Source: Camelus dromedarius (taxonomy: Eukaryota). Taken from it: 64,000 nucleotides of DNA. The stretch spans positions 73,534,001 through 73,598,000 of the forward strand of contig NC_087437.1 of NCBI RefSeq assembly GCF_036321535.1, given 5' to 3'. The position numbers and the translations under genes are program-made. How positions within the stretch are numbered: the first letter of the stretch is position 1; every line of letters starts with the position of its first letter. The notes below the pieces were generated by a model. It saw only the letters and a list, made by a program, of their open reading frames with translations, had not been told where the DNA came from and made no database searches. Below are positions 13,359-25,949 of this stretch, one piece after another.

Positions 13359-14934
13359 TTGTCTGTCTGTTCTTAATTCATCTCTGGATTCTCAGCATCT
13401 GGCCTAAGGCCTGACATTTAGTAAGTTCCCACAGAACAGGGTAGAAAGAGGCCCTTAAGCCAGCTGACTAGGATACAGAACAGAGCTCTCTTCCCTTCTC
13501 CCTGGGGAAGGGTGCCTGCATAAAGGACAGAGAAACCCTAAGAGACCTGGGCAGAAGGGGACTGAGCAGACTCTGTCATAATATGGACAAACTGGGGAGG
13601 AGCTGGTAGAGGGGAGCTTGGGAATCCAGCTGGAATCTCCCCCACATTGTTACTGAACTGTGGACGCTTTGTACTTTGGACAACGAGTTGCAAAGACCAT
13701 TATTAAATCTCTTTGGTTTGTTGCTTTTTTAGGGGGGAAAGGGATGCGGTGGAGGATAGGTAGCTGTAAATTCACTCTGAAATGTTTGAGGAAGGGTTGG
13801 GACAGGGCCCGGGCTGACAAAGTGACAAGTATCAGAGTCAGTAGGCTCCATATATGCCAGAAATAGAGACGGGGACTCTGGCATAGACTATGAATTACCA
13901 GAACAGGTGAGCCAAGCAAAGAGGGGCCAGGCCTTGGGAACAGGAGGCTCAGTGTGACTTCAGACAGACTCCCATGTTGCTGGGCTTAAACTCTGTAACC
14001 GCATGATGGAGGTTAGGAATGTCCTTTGGTTTTGGGGTGTGGGGAAGGACAGGTGGGAGTCAAGTAGCTAAAGCTCTTGGGATGTTTGGTCTGGAGAGAC
14101 AGAGAAGAAATAGATGGTGTGGGTTGAGTGCTAAGGGCCTCGACTGCCTGACCTGAAACGATAAAGGAGGAAGGTCTTTGGAAGGCAAGCTAGAGAAGAC
14201 AGCTTGGTAACCACCACATGCCTGCAGTTTGGCGACACGCATGTCACTCGTGTTCCCAAATTCCTCTCCGTGTAGTAAAGCTGCAGGGATTCTTGTGTCT
14301 TAAATTACTGGCTGGAACATGTGAGGATCCAAGTGACTCACTGTGAAAGGCAGCATCGGGGAGACCTGCATTCCCAAAGCTGGAGTTTCAAGAGAAAAAC
14401 CACTTTTGTCCCTTAGTGGCAACAGAGGAGCAAAAGTTTCTAATTGAGATGGATACGCACCAACTTCAACAGGCTTCAAGGAGTCTGCGCCTTGACCGCC
14501 CTCTCATGGTGGGAATTTTATGTACTGTGAATAACTTGAGAGGGAGATGAATAGGAGCTTCTGAGCCTCTCATATCTGGACAATCTCAACAGCTCCATAT
14601 TAAAGCTAGATGTGGTTTCTAAGGGCTTATTTACCCCTAGAGATATCCGGACATAGCATTGCTAAGTTAAGCTATTCAGGGTTCCATTCTGTGCATCAGA
14701 AATCCTTTTGAGTCACCAAATAGCCAATTTGCTATTTGAGTCAATTCTGTGCTAGTCAGGTCAATTCTTTAAAATCTAAGTCATCTGGCCTGGACCATTG
14801 CCTTCCTGGGGACTCTGTAAATCTGTCAGCCTCCTTCCAGCTGATCCTACCCACCCTTTCTAGATTAACTTTCCCAAAACACTGCTTCCATCATGTTATT
14901 TTGTGGCGATAAACTTTGGTGGCTTCCCACGGAA

Positions 14935-15100
14935 CGTTGGGTCTCAAGATGTGGTTCTTGAACCAGCAGCATCAGCATGACCTGGAAAGGTGTGAGAAAT
15001 GTACATTTGGGGTCCCCTCCCCAGACCTACTGAATTAGAAACTCTGGTAGTGGGGCCCACTGATGTGCTTTAATAAGCCCTGAAGCGTGCTGAAGTTTGC
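14935..15100. mobile_element. MER5A
   Basis: ccagcagcatcagcatgacctgg...cccagacctactgaattagaaactctgg...ggggccca. Confidence 0.85.
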
Positions 15101-17809
15101 CATGGAAGACAGCCTGGCGTTCACAGTACTCCTCTACGGTCTTCTAACACTTGCCTCTTATATTTGGTGCTCATTGCTCCTGTTTTGTCTTATGATTTTT
15201 TTGTTAGTATGATCTGATTTCATTTTCAGAATTGTAAACTCCTTGAGGTCCTGGTCTGTGTGTTTTCTAGATTTACTAACTTGTGAAATTGTAAAGCTGG
15301 AAGGGATCTGGAAAAATACTATCTAGCCTCTTCATTTTGCAGACCTTTGAACAGCACCATGTGCGTAGTGGACATTCAATTAACAATTGCTGAATGAAAT
15401 AACATGCCCACAGGGGCCACCGAGGTGAATTAAGACTGCTGAGACCTCAGTGTCATCGCCTTAATTTAGATGGTCCCTTCTGGCACCCTCTAAGGGTTTG
15501 TGAATGCCTAGGGAAAGCCTAGGATGCCTCTGCCAGCTTTTCCCCCATGGTCCTTTGCATGGACTCTGGAATTTGCTTGCTGAACACAAGGCAACACGGT
15601 GTTTTGAGATACAAATGGCAGAGCAGTTGAATTAAGAAAAAAATAAAAACAAAAACAAAATGGATGTTGTTTTCTTATTGCTGCTTTGAGACTCGGCATG
15701 AAGTATGAATCTGTCATAACCAAGAAATAATATCTTGCCTGAATATCTAAGGCATAAATAAAAATTAATTGCAGCACACAGCTGTTAATTATCAGGCGTT
15801 CCAGGAGCAGTTGCTCATGAGTACCTATTTAGCTGAAGATCCCTCGCTCGTTAGGACATGCTGACATCGACGGCGGAGACATGTGCCAGTTGGTGATTGG
15901 TTGCATCTGCATGGCCTGGCGGTCAGGCTGCCGGTGGCCGTCGCACTTGGCTTATGAAACTACTCTTTCTCCATTTCATGAGTGTTCACATCTAAAAGAG
16001 GAGATTCTTGACTTCCAAGGATGGCTTTGTGGTGATTCTTTTTCTACATGAATGGAGCCATGGGTGTGACCAACATTTGTGTGTGTGTGTGCGTCACTTT
16101 GTGGTAGGCAGTAGATTCTAGTGGTGTGCTAAATACATAAATAACTTTTATATTGGATTTTTATTATCAGAGTTCACTGCTTTAGGGCCCTATTAAAGCT
16201 ATTTTTCTCAGAAGAATGGCCAAGACTTGAAAAATGTCTTTATTCTTTAGAGGGAGGACAAGGACAAAAAAGCCTGTGTATCTCAGAGATGAGAAGAAAT
16301 TCAAAAGTTACTTCATTCTTATAGATTAAATTCACACACTAATGAAAAGGAGAGAAACTAGGAAAAGAGATGCTTTTGCATTTTCTGTGGGCAGGGCAGC
16401 TGCCTCCAAATTTAAAAACCTATCATTTTACTATAGGTCAGGTTCATTAAAACAAGCCCACATGGACTTTCCTAATTTTTTGTGGTTGTTGTGCTGGGAT
16501 TTGGGTTAAATAAAAGTGCTGCTACTTGTTGTTTAGAAAGTTTCAGGTTAATTATATTGATTGTAATTTCAGGACGGCGGGCCTGGCTTTCTGGGTCTTG
16601 TTATTGTCAGGTCCTTCCTGTTGTCCAGCTGCTGCCCCTCCTCTCACCATGATGAGCCTGCTAAGCTCTCTGTGGCCAGACTTGACCTGGGAGAGGAGGC
16701 ATTTAAAGAACGCTAACCCAATACTTTTGTTCTCAGCATCAAGTTATTTTGGCTTCAGTCTGCCTTTGGCTTCTGCCATATTTCTAGAATCATATTTGTG
16801 TCTTGTTCCTTGTGTTTCATCTACCTTGCACTTTAGTTCTTGTACCTGGATTTTTGTCTCGTTACCAAGGACTGAGTTCCTGTCTTAGGAATTTGCTAGT
16901 TGTGCCCAAGTCCTCTGAGCGCACATAAGACTCAACCTTACACCTGCCATTCCTCCTCTTTCTCAGCCACCAGGGTCCAGCCCCTGCTCCATAGGCTGAC
17001 TGAGCCTCCGCTGTCTCATGTTAGGCTCTCATGCTGCCTGCCTGACTGTCGGGGCACTTTTTCCTTCTGGATTCCTTGGCACCAGGCTGTGACTTCATAC
17101 TGAGTGAACTTCCACTGTTTCATGTTTGCCTCCTGATGAGAGTTTCCTGGCTGCACTATCAACTCTCCTGCACTGCCATCTTCTTCAGCTACTTTGTTCT
17201 GCCTGCCAGACTGGACACTCTCCCAGCACCTGCAGCTGGGCTGGCCTCCCTGCTGGCAGATCTAGTTTCAGGTCCCAGCTTCTTCCACTATGACCTGCCC
17301 AGGACTGTTTTAACAAATTCAGCAAATGTGAAATATGTCCTTCCCAATGTTTATGTTTCAAAGACTGTAGCTGAATCATTTTCACTCCAACTAGGCTGTG
17401 TGGCATTGAAAGGATTATTTCCACACTTCTTTTATTATTTTATGTGGATAGTGAAAATGGTTGCCTTTCCCTATTTGCAGGTTTTTTAAATAATAAAATG
17501 CAAACGAACCTTGCTTCTAATGGACTTTCTGAGTAAAATTCCAAGAACTTTATATTTAAGACTGCTATCATCTAATGAAATTGTGCCTGTTTCTGTCCTG
17601 ATGTCCATGGCCAGGAGCTCTGGGCCTAATTATTGCACTTATTTATTGCCCTCAATCCTAATATAGATATGAAGAGCTGAAGAATAGGCAAAAGCAAAGA
17701 AAATATATTTGCATGAGTGAGTGTGTGTGTGTGGAGAGGGTGAATGGTGAGAAAGGGCAGAGCATAGCAACTCTGTTCATTTGACAAATGCAAAAGGAGT
17801 CCCTGTTAA

Positions 17810-18000
17810 TATAATAGTTATCAATTATGTGAATACTTATGGTATATCAGGCAGTGTGCTAAACACTTGAATTACCTCATTAAAGCCCCCTTAAATTGGT
17901 ACTCATTTTGTTTCCATTTCACATGAGAGAAAACTGAGGTTGAGAGAGGTTAATTAACTTATCCGAATCCACATGCAGAATAATTGCAGGATTAGAGGTG
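17810..18000 (-). mobile_element. MIR
   Basis: ccatttcacatgagaaaaactgaggttgagagaggttaattaactt. Confidence 0.75.
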
Positions 18001-18274
18001 TGTTTCCCCGCAGTGCAATCCAAACTTGTGTCCTCTGGATTGTCTTCTGCTTGCTTGTTCTTTACTATGATGTCTCCAGGTTATTCTTGGATAACTGGAG
18101 AAGTAGTAAAGAATGTGGGAGGAAAATAACCAACATTTATTAGTTGTAATTTTCTGAGGATTTTTTACATACAATATCTGCTTAATCCTCAGAAAAGGGT
18201 AAGGTAAGTGGTATCATTGTCATTTGCCATTTAAGAGGGCAAAACAGAGGCTCAGAAACATCAAATGACTCCAT

Positions 18275-18465
18275 ATTGTTGTAGGTCGCTGTAGCTTCTT
18301 TGTTTGTTTGCAATTCCATTGTGAGTGTCTACCACATTATCCTAACAATGGGCATTTGGATTTTTCCAAACTTTTTATATTGTAAATAGTTCCTCTATGA
18401 ACATTTATATGCATATATCTAGTGCACATTTTGCATAACTCTTTCTTAAGTGTATCCCTAAGCGT
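18275..18465 (-). mobile_element. Old L1 (L1M) fragment
   Basis: attccattgtg...taccaca...atgggcatttgga...tattgtaaatag...ctatgaacatt, reverse complement of the L1 ORF2 3' end. Confidence 0.6.
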
Positions 18466-20296
18466 ATGTATGTTGAAAATGAACACTTAAGGCAGTAAGT
18501 GAAAAAGAAGGCCATGCAGGGAGCAATGATGACAAGTGTCATTAACCAGTAATTTTGATTAAACTAATTCTGTGAACCTGAGGTTAAAAAAGAGTTCTGT
18601 GAACCTGAGGTGTCACATTTCTCCCCTCAAAACAATCATCTAACTTGGTAAATTATCTAGGGCAACAGAGTAGTGGAGCTGGGACTAAACCTAAGCTCTG
18701 TGATTCCAGACAGTTCCCAGGCCTGTCCCACCTTAACCCACGAACGTCATTCTCACTGTTTTACGTGGGTGGCAGGAGGACTACAAACTTCACAGGTTCA
18801 GAGGAGGATTATACACTACTGAGTTGCAAGTCTGTTTTTGCAGAAGAGATTTGGTTTTGAGAAATTACTCAAGAGTGTTTATATTGCTTCACCCCTGGGC
18901 CTGTGTGCTGCTAAGCTTGAAATGAAAAGAATGGCTTCGTGGTTTAGTTTTATGAGGGAACCAAAGCCATGGAGTTATGATCCAGTGCATATAACATTGA
19001 AGGATAACAATTTAAAGTCCAATAATTCTTGCCATTTATCTTCACCAGAGGATCTCAAAGAGTTTTATGAGAAATTATAGACTAAGAATCTGGAAGAGTT
19101 CTGTGCAATTTATGGTTAAAAAAAAAAGGAAGTGCTAAAGTTTTCTGGAATGCTCCAAGGCTGTCATTAGAGAAGGCATGAAGACAGCCCAGGATCGTTG
19201 GCTCTTTGGCTGGGAACCCTGGCAGGATTAGATGTGACCGAACGACTCAGTGATCCTGAATGGCTTCAGCTTGCTTTGTGTGGCAGTATTCCTTTTCCAG
19301 GGGTCCTGCTGCTTGCGGGAGGACATAGAAGACCCAGCATGCATCGGTTCCGGAGAACCTTTAAGAAACAGTGATATTGTGGTGGACATATTCATGCAGC
19401 TTTTGTAATGCACTCTCTTTCTGATTAGTGTTTCTCCCTCTTTAATTGGAATTTTAAGCACCATAATGATGTGAGCCAGCTGGAGTTTTTAAGCAGCACA
19501 AATATAAATGGTTATCCTAAATTATATTTGGGAGAAACTCACTTGAAGTATTTAGGTTAATAAATAAAGATACCAAATTAATATAGGCTATTTTAAGACT
19601 AAATATATAATACTATAAAACTTTAGCCATCTGCATGCTTTCTGGTGGCTGGCCACAGGATTTCTAATTGAATTACTACAGAAAATTCAGCACAAAATAT
19701 TATCAGATTTAACCACCCACTGAGTGTGTTATTTGTTACTGTTTTATTAGGCTAAATCAAAGGTCACACATTGCTTTTTCTGTGCTGATTTTCAGCCCAG
19801 AGGGGTAAAGTTTTAAAATGAGATGATGAAATTTTAGAAAAGAGCAAGAACTTAAGAAAAGGAAAATGCTCAATTTTTTTCTTTAGAAAAATAAAACTTT
19901 CATGACTGCTTTATATGTACATTCCTAGCTTTTTAATAATTAGCTACCTTGATGTCTACTTTCTGAAGCTTGTAACAAGTCTGAGGTTGAAACTGGAAGG
20001 AGAGTTGTTGGGGGTGGGGGGGGAGCGGTACAGACAGAGGTGCTCCTAGAGAAAAGACCTGTTGGCAAACCCAGTGTCACCAGTATCCACATTTCAACAT
20101 AGTGCCTTCTGGCCATGTCCTTCTAAAAGTTCAAAATGTAGGTGGGAAGGCAGCGTGGCTGGAGGAGTCAACCCAGTGGATAATCATTTCAGAGTCCATA
20201 CGTCTTCATTTGGTCATAATAAGTGGTTAGGAATGCCCCCTGTTTAACCTGTTCCGAGTAAGTGTGTCTCATCTTATACCTGAGATGATTTAATTC

Positions 20297-20460
20297 AGTG
20301 GTTCTCAAAGTCCAGTCTCCAGACCTTGTTAGAAGTCTACTTCCTCATTTGCTAATCCAGACCTGCTGAACCAGAAACACTAGGGATGGGGCCCAGCAAT
20401 CTGAGTTTTAAAAGCCCTCCATGTAATTTTCATGCCTGCTAAAGTTAGAAAACAACTGAT
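20297..20460. mobile_element. MER5A
   Basis: cagtggttctcaaagt...ccagacctgctgaaccagaaac...ggggcccagcaatctgagttttaaaagccctcc. Confidence 0.85.
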
Positions 20461-21834
20461 TTACATTATGTTGATCAGTATACACTTTTTGATAACCATA
20501 TCAAACAGCAACTTTTTCCAATGTCTGATTCATAGTAGGCTCTCAGTAAATGTTACCTTGAAGACGAAAATATACTTAATTTGTAGTGCGATGCTCTGCG
20601 ATGCTTCCTACCATATTTTAGTCCCTTTGTTACTGTATACTCAGGAATGAGTAGTTGCCCTCACAGATTATTCATTTTCTTTCCCTTTAAGATTAGCTCT
20701 TCAGCTTTTTATTTAATATGAAGGGTCATCTTCAGAGAAAATTGTTGTCTGATGCTTCGGTTTTTTAATTCTCTGGAGAGTTGCTGAGAAGCAAAGGTGG
20801 TTCCTGCCAGTCATTTCTTTACCATTTTTTAAAGAATGATAGTCACTTCACTCAATAATGATTAGTTGATTAGAGAAATTTTTTTCTGGTCTCTTCTGCA
20901 GGACCAGCCAGAAGTTCAGTGGCCACAAGCTTGTTGTTTTAGGACTTCTAAGTTGGCTTTGAGTCTGCTTAGGCAGCAAATTCACCCAAGAGCTTTAATA
21001 ATCTCAGCTTTGCTTCAAGTGATATGTGAAAATGGGGAAAATCAGTCACGAAGAATTTTGAAGTGCAATAGGTTTATGGAGACAAATGGGTTCAGATTGT
21101 GACATGTGAATTTATATATATTATACACCCAATAATTTCTGACATGTGGAATCCAGAGGAATCATGGACTTCAGGTTTAGTGAGATTCATGTGGCACAAA
21201 TTTCTTTTGCATCTTGTCTGGCAAATGACCTCTGGGGGCTGAACAGCATCCCTGCATGTGGGCACACTGAGCTCTTGTGGGGAGGTTCCTAGGTTGGGGC
21301 ATCAAAAGGGAGAGTCAGGGACTAGAGTTGGGTATGTATCCTATGGGAATGAAATAGCAGATTCTGGGTAAAAATTTGCAATCCAGGGATCATTGAGATT
21401 TTGGAGCAGCCCCGCATGGAGGAGGATGGGGAGATAGGGCTAGTCAGGGGGTGCCGACACTCTACTAGGAAGACAAGGAAGTATGGTGGGGTGGGAGAGA
21501 AGGGGTCCTGCAGGGAGCCAGGAATTGGAATAACTGTATGGCCTCCCTAGGTAGCATTCCTTGTGATTCTAGTGGGGAAGTGGAGGAGAGAATGCATCTA
21601 GTGTAGAAGTGTGCTGAGTAATGCTAACCACTACATGAGCAGCTCTTTTTTTTCCCTGAGTGAAGCCAGCCTCTGACATCACAGGCTTTGCACTAGTAGC
21701 TGGATTTGTACCTGCATCCTGGCCAGCACTGCTCAGCTTTGTCCCTCAAACTTCAGTGTGTTCATTCATTCAGAGGGAGGGGTGAATGGGACTGTATAGC
21801 CCAGGCCCTGGGAGGCAACCTGTAAAGATGTGCA

Positions 21835-22400
21835 TTTTGATGTCCACAAACACTGAACACCTTCCAGGTGCCAAGCCCCATGGAGACACTAGGGACCAAG
21901 GGATGAGCAAGACTTCCTGCCCTCAGGGGGCTCCGAGCCTAGTGAAGGAGACAGGTATCTAAATAGGTTATTACAATTCAAAGTGATGATTTTTGTATGT
22001 GCAGAATGTTACCTGAATCAACAATTTTTTTCTGCCTGGGAAAGTCAGCTAAGTCCTCTTAGGAGAGAGGATACTATCACTTGGCCGGGTAGCAAAGAGG
22101 GGACGGGGCATTTCAGACAAAAAGAAGAGTGTTTAAAGAAGTATGGTGCTCTCAGGAAGTAGCGAGTGGTCAGTTTTCACAGCAGCACAAGATATCTGAG
22201 GGTGGCTGGTGGACTTGAAGTTGGACAGGTGACACGGAATCAGATCACAAAGGACCTGTATCTTTCTGGGGGAATAGGGAGCAGAGCTTTAAATAGGAGA
22301 GTGATGTGATCAGATTTGTTTTAGAGAGATTATTCTAGCTCATTTGTGGAGGGTGAATTAGAGGGATGGTTGAAGCATGAGTCAAAGTATAGTTGAGGCC
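21835..22400 (-). mobile_element. L2 fragment
   Basis: cctgccctcagggggctc...ctagtgaaggagacag...agagtgatgtgatcagatttgttttagagagattattct. Confidence 0.7.
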
Positions 22401-23723
22401 TGATGAAGACACGACTCAGGGCCATTTCGAGGCAGCAGAGAAGCCGGATTGACTTTTAAAGTCTTGACTGCCCAGATGACTTCTCTTTTTTAGTTCCATC
22501 CCCGTCTCTTTGAAGGCTCCTCTGGCTGCTGTTTCAACAGTTGCTGTCTTCCTAGTTGCTTCTGATACAGCAGAGAGATAGAACTTGAGCCTACATACTT
22601 CTCCCACTTATTCAATGGAGATTTTCTCTCTCTCAAAGATTTTACCACACTTCCCTAACACTGTGGAACTGAAGCAAATTACAAAGGATTCTCTGTTAAC
22701 GTATTGGTAAATAAAGTCTGTCCTCAGATACCATCTTTTGTGATAAGCAATATTCTTTGGACTTCACATGTAATTTAAGTGGCTTACACCAAATACATTA
22801 ATTCATTCATGAAACTTTTATTGACATTTGCTATGTGAAGGCACTGTTAGATTTACAGACAGGTAACTTCGTACTCGGTGTCCTCTTGCCAAGTGTACCA
22901 ACTCTGCTTTATTCTTTATAGCTCCAAAACAAGGAACTTCCTAAAAGCACCGGGTTCATTCATTCCTTCATTCATTTACTCATCCATCCATTAATCCACC
23001 AGTCAACAAATATTTGTTGAGCATCTACTTTGTGAAGGCAAAGCAAGGACACGAAGAACACATTAGGGGTAGAAATAAAAATAGAACAGAATTTGGATGG
23101 ACCTCATAGTTCCTGGAAAGCCCAGAATACAAAAATAACCTCAGGATTCTGGACAACATAATCTTTAATACTAGGGTCACTTTCATTATTAAAGAGCATC
23201 TTGGGTTAGGAAGTGAGGTTTTAGCTTCTTAGATAACCTCTCCTATCTCTGCCTCCATGGTCCTCTGGTAGCTACTTGAAGTTTTTGATCACTGGACTGT
23301 GAATTTGTATTCACCAGGTCATGATCATTTTAAGAAATGAATAATGAAAATATTTTCCATTATCTTTCTGTAGGATTTTTCCCTCAGTCAAAAAGGGACC
23401 GAATAGCATGCTTTCCTAGGGAAGTATGATAGAAAATATTCAATGTACTCCGCCCACTTCCCAACTGATGGATCTGTTTGAAAATTGATCAGTTTCAGAA
23501 TCAACTACTAGTTGTTTGTGAAGATGACAACCGGTCGTAAGAGACCATCTTAGAAGTGCTACAACCCAGACACATTTTCCTTCTTTGAAGTCTCCCTTTT
23601 AATTAAAAAGGCCCTTTCTTATTCTATAATCTCCCACTCTTCTGTGGAAAGAGCACTTGCTGGGAGTTAGGTGACTTGACTTCCGATCCCAGCTGTGCTG
23701 CCGGCTACTTGTATGACTCTAGG

Positions 23724-23940
23724 CCAGGGACTGGCAAACTGTGGCTTGCTGCCTAATCTGGACTAAAACCTGTTTTTGTAAATAAAGTTTTATTGGAACA
23801 CAGCCATGATTATTTGTTTACTTATTGACTGTGGATCTTTCATGCTATGAGCAGAGATGAGTATTTGTAACAGAACCACATGGCCCACAGAGTGTAAAGT
23901 ATCTCCTATTAGATCCTTTATAGAAAATATTTGCCAGGGC
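23724..23940. mobile_element. MER58A (hAT-Charlie) nested in a MIR
   Basis: ggcaaactgtggc...cctgtttttgtaaataaagttttattggaacacagcc...catggcccacag...cctttatagaaaatatttgcc; MIR-like sequence on both sides. Confidence 0.85.
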
Positions 23941-24114
23941 CAGCATTAGGTGGTCATTATCTTACTTGAGTGTCAGCTTCTCCAACTGTAAATTTTGAGA
24001 ACTGGATTAGGTTTTCCCCAGGGCCTGTGTCCTTGTTAGCATCCTATTACTCTCTAACTCTTCCTACAGAGAAGCCTCATCTCGTACAATCACTGTCCAC
24101 TGGGTACAAACCTA

Positions 24115-24380
24115 TTCATATTTTCATTCGCTTATTCAATTTATTAAGCATCTAATACTGGCAAGCCACTGTGGAAAGTAACAAGTCTAAGAGACTCTCT
24201 GCCCTTCAGAAGCTTATAATCTATTTAGACGACAGAGTTACAAGGCTCAGAAGTTAAATTATAATAGAAAATAATAAGGATAACATTCCAAATTTAGTGA
24301 TAATGCTTAAAGGAGCTCAGAGGAGAGAAGTCGCCATGGACTGAAATGATCAGGAAAAACTGTAGGGGAAAGTGGGATTT
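24115..24380 (-). mobile_element. L2 3' end fragment
   Basis: ttcattcgcttattcaatttattaagcatct...ctctgcccttcagaagcttataatcta. Confidence 0.65.
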
Positions 24381-24439
24381 TTTTAAAAAACCATCATCCC
24401 TGTAACCCCTGTAGAATACTAGATGTAGTGTCCCTCTAA

Positions 24440-24620
24440 AGCAGTAGTTTTCAAATTTCAGAGTGCATGAAAATCACTTAAATAACTAAGAAAAAATGCA
24501 AATTCCTGGAATCCAGCTTTATAGATTTTGATTACAAATCTAGGGTATGTCCCAGAAGTCTGCTTTTCCAATGAGCACCCTAGGTGATTCTGACATACAT
24601 GGAGACCACTACTCTGGAGA
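24440..24620. mobile_element. MER5-like MITE
   Basis: cagtagttttcaaattt...gcatgaaaatcact...aaatgcaaattcctgg...caccctaggtgattctga...gaccactactctggaga. Confidence 0.7.
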
Positions 24621-24841
24621 GATGGTAAGTTTCTGCCAAGGAATCTATGCTAGGTTTGGCTGAATCTTATTAAACCATGGATTTTATGTGACTAGGAGGG
24701 ACTCCATTGTCCATGGAGCAATTCCTTCAGTGACTTGAGATCTCCCAGACCAGGAAGAACAGCCTGAGGACTCCATTTCTTAAGGCCATTGAACTCCTTT
24801 AGATAAGTCCAGAGGGGAAATCTGAGATCAGTTCAGCTGCC

Positions 24842-25949
24842 ATGTCTATGGTAGCTGAGGGTAAATCATTGGAAAGAGTCAGAGTCAGGTAACCAACTAC
24901 TTTCTTTAGCATTTGACTCTTGGTCCTTTTGTTGTGAGCTCCTTGTTTCTGCAAAGCTGGCTGGGATCAGCATAGTGGATCAGGAAAAAACCCTCAGTGA
25001 GAAAGGTTGGGAGTCTCCAATCTCCATCCCAAATCATATCACTGATGACTTGAACATATCACCAGATACTCAAGATACAGAGGATGGATTCCACCCATGG
25101 GAGAATGACCCTCTGAAGAGAAGTTCAGAATTATCATCAGAGCCATTGGAGGGGACATCTGAGAGTCAAGTGGGTGATGTTTCAAAAGATCCTGTCATGC
25201 CTCCAGTTCCGAAGAGAAAGCTCGATCCACTTCCAAAAAGGCACAGACATCGTAGGAAGGTATGGAAAAAGAGAATGAGAAAGAGCAAGAGGGAGGAGAA
25301 GGTGCAGACCCACTGCCCCAGCATTCTTCCAGCGCCTTCGGTACCACCACAAATTGAAGAAGATGAGGCAGTAGATAAAAAGCGGACCCTTACTCAGTGC
25401 CAAGGAAGATGATCCTGACTGTCCCAATGAGGTAGGGATGGGGCAGTGGGTGGCAACACTCTGGGCTTGCCACTCTTCCATAGGAAAAAACATGACAACT
25501 CTTCACCTGGAGTGGGAGGAGTTGGGGGTAAGGAGCTTGAGAAGCAAACTAGGATCCTCGGGCCCCACATAGAGCATGAAAGAACTGGCTCAGAGTATGT
25601 GCGTCAGCGTTGAGGGTTTTTAGCCTTCTTCTTCTACTTGCAGGACAGATTACAGAGTCGGCAAGATAAAAGTGCTTGTGTAATGCATCAGGAATGTCAG
25701 ATCCAGCCCTGTGAGCTCTCAGTATCCCAGGAGCTCGGACCCTCTTCTCCTGCAGTAACATCCTTGGCATCACCACCGCTCTGCTTCGGTCGTTTTTTAA
25801 ACTGTGTCTGCCAGACCTTCTCAAGGGCTAGAAAGAGGAAGTCTCCCAGAAGAGAGAGCACCAAGCAGGCTGAGGCAGGAGGTGACGCTAAGGCTCTGAG
25901 ACCTGGTCTGCTGCAGGTTTGGGGCAAAAACAAAGCGCAGCCTCACTAA
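24842..25949 (+). pseudogene. Three-exon orphan protein-coding gene model, frameshifted here (pseudogene or assembly indels); exons 24842-24860, 24957-25431, 25644-25949
   Basis: Kozak-like gctgccATG; introns GTAAAT..tttctgcaaAG (96 nt) and GTAGGG..cttcttcttctacttgcAG (212 nt); long open frames in exons 2 and 3. Joining needs one indel near 24957-25000 and a +1 between 25375 and 25409. Confidence 0.7.

Noticed and set aside
16526..17489. Adjacent hydrophobic ORFs of 120 and 137 aa suggesting membrane proteins
   Set aside because: TTG starts, T/C-rich strand bias, no recognisable domain or convincing exon boundaries.
25750..25949. Loose resemblance of the orphan protein C-terminus to C12orf71-type proteins
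   Set aside because: Only a vague recalled pattern; the rest of the sequence does not match, so no symbol assigned.
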